Origin: Fidelibacterota bacterium MT.SAG.3
Lineage (GTDB): Bacteria > Fidelibacterota > SORT01
Assembly (NCBI GenBank): GCA_004402895.1
Contig: SORT01000003.1
Coordinates: forward strand, 1,009 to 65,008
Length of the DNA: 64,000 nucleotides
Direction: 5' to 3'
Shown here: piece after piece, positions 61,697-64,000 of the stretch
Layout of the letters: each line of letters opens with the position of its first letter
Position numbering within the stretch: position 1 is the first letter of the stretch
Position numbers and translations under genes: made by a program
Notes under the pieces: generated by a model
Seen by the model: the letters and a program-made list of their open reading frames with translations, nothing else
Database searches by the model: none
What the model was told of the DNA's origin: nothing

Positions 61697-63877
61697 TTAT
61701 TTTATGAATCTCAATTTCTTTACGGCTGAGTCGTCTTGCGTCATCAAACGGATAAAATAAATTCCAGAAGAGGCAGTATGTCCGAATGAGTTTTTGCCGT
61801 TCCAAAATACCTGATGCTGCCTACCGGGAGATTTTTGACCTTCTTCTCTCCATGATTGAACCGTTCTGCCTAATATGTCATACAGATATAAGCTTACCTC
61901 GCCCTCAGTAGATACAGTATAAGGAATAGTTACAACTCCATCTGAATATTCAAATTCAATCCAGTCATCTCCTCGAATTGCTGTTTCTGAATTCGAAGTA
62001 GTCTCAATTTCAATATCCTGCCTTAAAAGAAGCCTGATCATCCAGATACCGTCAATTGATTGACCGTTATTGAACGTTAAATTGGACAACGCTATAAATG
62101 AATTATTGGTTTTAATGAAAGCGTTGCCTATTCCATTACTATCTTCATCATAACCGATTATAATTGAATCGGCAACCGTTATTGATACAGCAGTTGGAGC
62201 GGAGACAACTATCTCGGAAGATTCTAAATTTATCTCTGTCCAGCCGTTGATCGCAGGTGTAATGTTTCTTTTTTCAAATATGAAATTAGAATTTATGCCG
62301 TTATCCCGTATTTGAATTGAAATCGGATCATTACTGCCCATAAAAACTTTAACGGACAAAACTGATGATGGAGTGTTGATAGAATTAAATAATGATGCAA
62401 CTGAAGCAACCGGGGTGCCATATGATTTTATAAAAAAATCTGTCTCTCCATCATCATTTGACAGTTCAACTACTTCATATCCCCCTACTCCGGAGGCGGA
62501 ATAAAAGTAACTGACGGAGTCAAGAGCGTCATCCATATATGAAATCATAAGAATTGCTCTGCTAAAGTCATTCCCGAAACCCGGCAGCTCTATGTTTGCA
62601 ACGCCGTTCGCATTGAGCACAACTGGTGCTACCGTGGTGGTAGAAGAAAATGTAAAAATTGTCGCCTTAACATCCTGTCTACCGAAAAAATTCATATATA
62701 TTTCTAATTCTGTTCCACCGCTGAACTCATGATATGAGGAAGCATAAGAGTGAACAGATCCCGGCACTCCGTTTATCGGGAGTTGAAAATACTGATTTTG
62801 CGGAATGATCGAAGGGAGCTCAATTCCTTTATATCCGTAAGCGCTGTCATTCAAAAGGTTCGCTATAGTCCACTCATAAACGAATTCGGGAAAAGAGGTT
62901 CCGGGGGAAAAAGATTTTATAACATTTTCGGCAGATCCTACCCCATGAGCATCGTCTTGAACCAGTTGTTTTATGGCATCCAAACCTAACCTTAATGACG
63001 TATATGTCATCCATAATCCTGTTCTCGCATAATCCTGCAACAGGTTATCCCAAACAGTCAGACCCCGATTGGTTTGTGAAAGGAATTTACCAAATCCCCT
63101 GCCCGGATAGCCCGCGAGTTTAGACGCAAATTCAGAAAGACCCTCATTCAACCAAGAATCTTCGTTCCTGTCATAATTAAAGTTGATAAGATGCTGCAGC
63201 TCGTGAGACGCGGTGGATAATACTTCGTCTCTTCTCTTATTCCCCGGATTAGAATCCAGGTAAAGAATATCTGCGACGTTTCCTGATGTCTGCGGATGCG
63301 TATCAGACACTTGATCAGCCTGGTCAAAATAACCGGATACGAAAGATGGATTGGTCTCTTCATCATAGTTGTCGTTAATATCCAATATCAGTAAAATTAC
63401 TTTACCGTTACCGTCTACATCCGGCGGCGAACCGAAATACTCTATTTCAAGCGCCAGTATCCCTTTTGAAGGATCAATTGAACCACTCGGTGTTTCTAAT
63501 TCAAATGCTCTAACCAATTCATCCGCATCGCTTTGATTTACTCTTATATTCCACTCGGTTATATCCACCCAAATCTCGACGAGGTCTGATTCAGCCACCA
63601 ATTCCGCCTCTAATGAGACGAATCCTGATTCTTCCAATACATTTTTCCGTGTATAGAAGGTTCTTATTCCCCCGATTTTGCGCAACCCTCTCTGCCCACC
63701 TTCTAAGGTCATCTCATTGTAATTAAATCGCTCAAAACCTTTGGGTAAGTTCGGAACGGCGCAAACCCCTTCTATGTGAACTATTTCAAGCCCTTGACCA
63801 AGTGACAGATCAGGGAACTGAATTATTTGAGTCAGTATAAGAGAGATAAATAATGGTAACCGGGAAAAATAATTCAT
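61697..63877 (-). CDS. secreted zinc metalloprotease (HEXXH zincin) with T9SS C-terminal sorting domain
   Basis: 726 aa with a signal peptide. HELQHLINF ... EGLSEF (HEXXH plus a downstream Glu). C-terminal GIYFIRLMTQDDSAVKKLRFIK plus the preceding beta-sandwich is a T9SS sorting domain. The peptidase family is not assigned. Confidence 0.55.
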   Translation of the reverse strand: MNYFSRLPLFISLILTQIIQFPDLSLGQGLEIVHIEGVCAVPNLPKGFERFNYNEMTLEGGQRGLRKIGGIRTFYTRKNVLEESGFVSLEAELVAESDLVEIWVDITEWNIRVNQSDADELVRAFELETPSGSIDPSKGILALEIEYFGSPPDVDGNGKVILLILDINDNYDEETNPSFVSGYFDQADQVSDTHPQTSGNVADILYLDSNPGNKRRDEVLSTASHELQHLINFNYDRNEDSWLNEGLSEFASKLAGYPGRGFGKFLSQTNRGLTVWDNLLQDYARTGLWMTYTSLRLGLDAIKQLVQDDAHGVGSAENVIKSFSPGTSFPEFVYEWTIANLLNDSAYGYKGIELPSIIPQNQYFQLPINGVPGSVHSYASSYHEFSGGTELEIYMNFFGRQDVKATIFTFSSTTTVAPVVLNANGVANIELPGFGNDFSRAILMISYMDDALDSVSYFYSASGVGGYEVVELSNDDGETDFFIKSYGTPVASVASLFNSINTPSSVLSVKVFMGSNDPISIQIRDNGINSNFIFEKRNITPAINGWTEINLESSEIVVSAPTAVSITVADSIIIGYDEDSNGIGNAFIKTNNSFIALSNLTFNNGQSIDGIWMIRLLLRQDIEIETTSNSETAIRGDDWIEFEYSDGVVTIPYTVSTEGEVSLYLYDILGRTVQSWREEGQKSPGRQHQVFWNGKNSFGHTASSGIYFIRLMTQDDSAVKKLRFIK

Positions 63878-64000
63878 ATTAGACTATTTATTTTTGAGTA
63901 AAGCACAATCAGAAAAAATCCTTAAGATTTTTCAGATTTTGGGTCCCTCGTCATAAGGTCCTCCACTGCCGTTTTAGGACTTTTATTTTCAAAAAGAACC

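Noticed and set aside
1-64000. Searched by eye for CRISPR arrays, transposases or integrases, toxin-antitoxin pairs, restriction-modification and other defence islands.
   Set aside because: No regularly spaced direct repeats, no transposase or recombinase-like ORFs, and essentially no non-coding space beyond short intergenic gaps. The window is core-genome-like apart from the surface-protein cluster.
63878-64000. Possible minus-strand ORF C-terminus (...VLFENKSPKTAVEDLMTRDPKSEKS) at the window end.
   Set aside because: Only about 25 codons visible with no motif. It cannot be supported as a gene from this fragment.

Overview
The window is a dense, mostly housekeeping chromosomal segment (roughly 40% GC by eye, not computed) from a Gram-negative bacterium. 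Three proteins carry type IX secretion (T9SS) C-terminal sorting domains, which places the organism in the Fibrobacteres-Chlorobi-Bacteroidetes (FCB) group. Supported content, in order:
- An LPS-core glycosyltransferase cluster with a GT9 heptosyltransferase and an MsbA-like ABC exporter.
- A Crp/Fnr regulator, rpsT, and a tightly spaced minus-strand dinG (exonuclease-helicase fusion) - Na:alanine symporter - guaB run.
- A geranylgeranyl-reductase gene translationally coupled to a 2x[4Fe-4S] ferredoxin, then purF, a PHP phosphoesterase and an NSS transporter.
- A convergent, 3'-overlapping glnE/glnD pair.
- A long minus-strand block thpR-recA-recX-alaS-gcvPB-DUF296. It is separated from cinA-pgpA-pgsA by a plus-strand three-gene surface-protein cluster: a PEGA protein, a cohesin-like lipoprotein, and an 886-aa five-repeat protein with a dockerin-like segment and a T9SS sorting domain.
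- The classical recR-ybaB-dnaX-ffs(SRP RNA)-tRNA-Ala block. The two RNA genes are missed by the ORF track.
- An orphan AmmeMemoRadiSam radical-SAM enzyme next to a diiron ferritin-like protein, and an M28 peptidase.
- A T9SS-sorted redoxin, a TlpA and an outer-membrane protein trio.
- A FecR/thrombospondin-repeat outer-membrane giant, a CDF transporter, Fe/Mn SOD with a clean rho-independent terminator, an aquaporin, and a T9SS-sorted zinc metalloprotease.
I found no CRISPR array, transposase, integrase or recognisable defence-system genes. The most system-like candidates are the surface-protein cluster that splits the conserved pgsA-cinA-thpR-recA block, and the reductase-ferredoxin pair.
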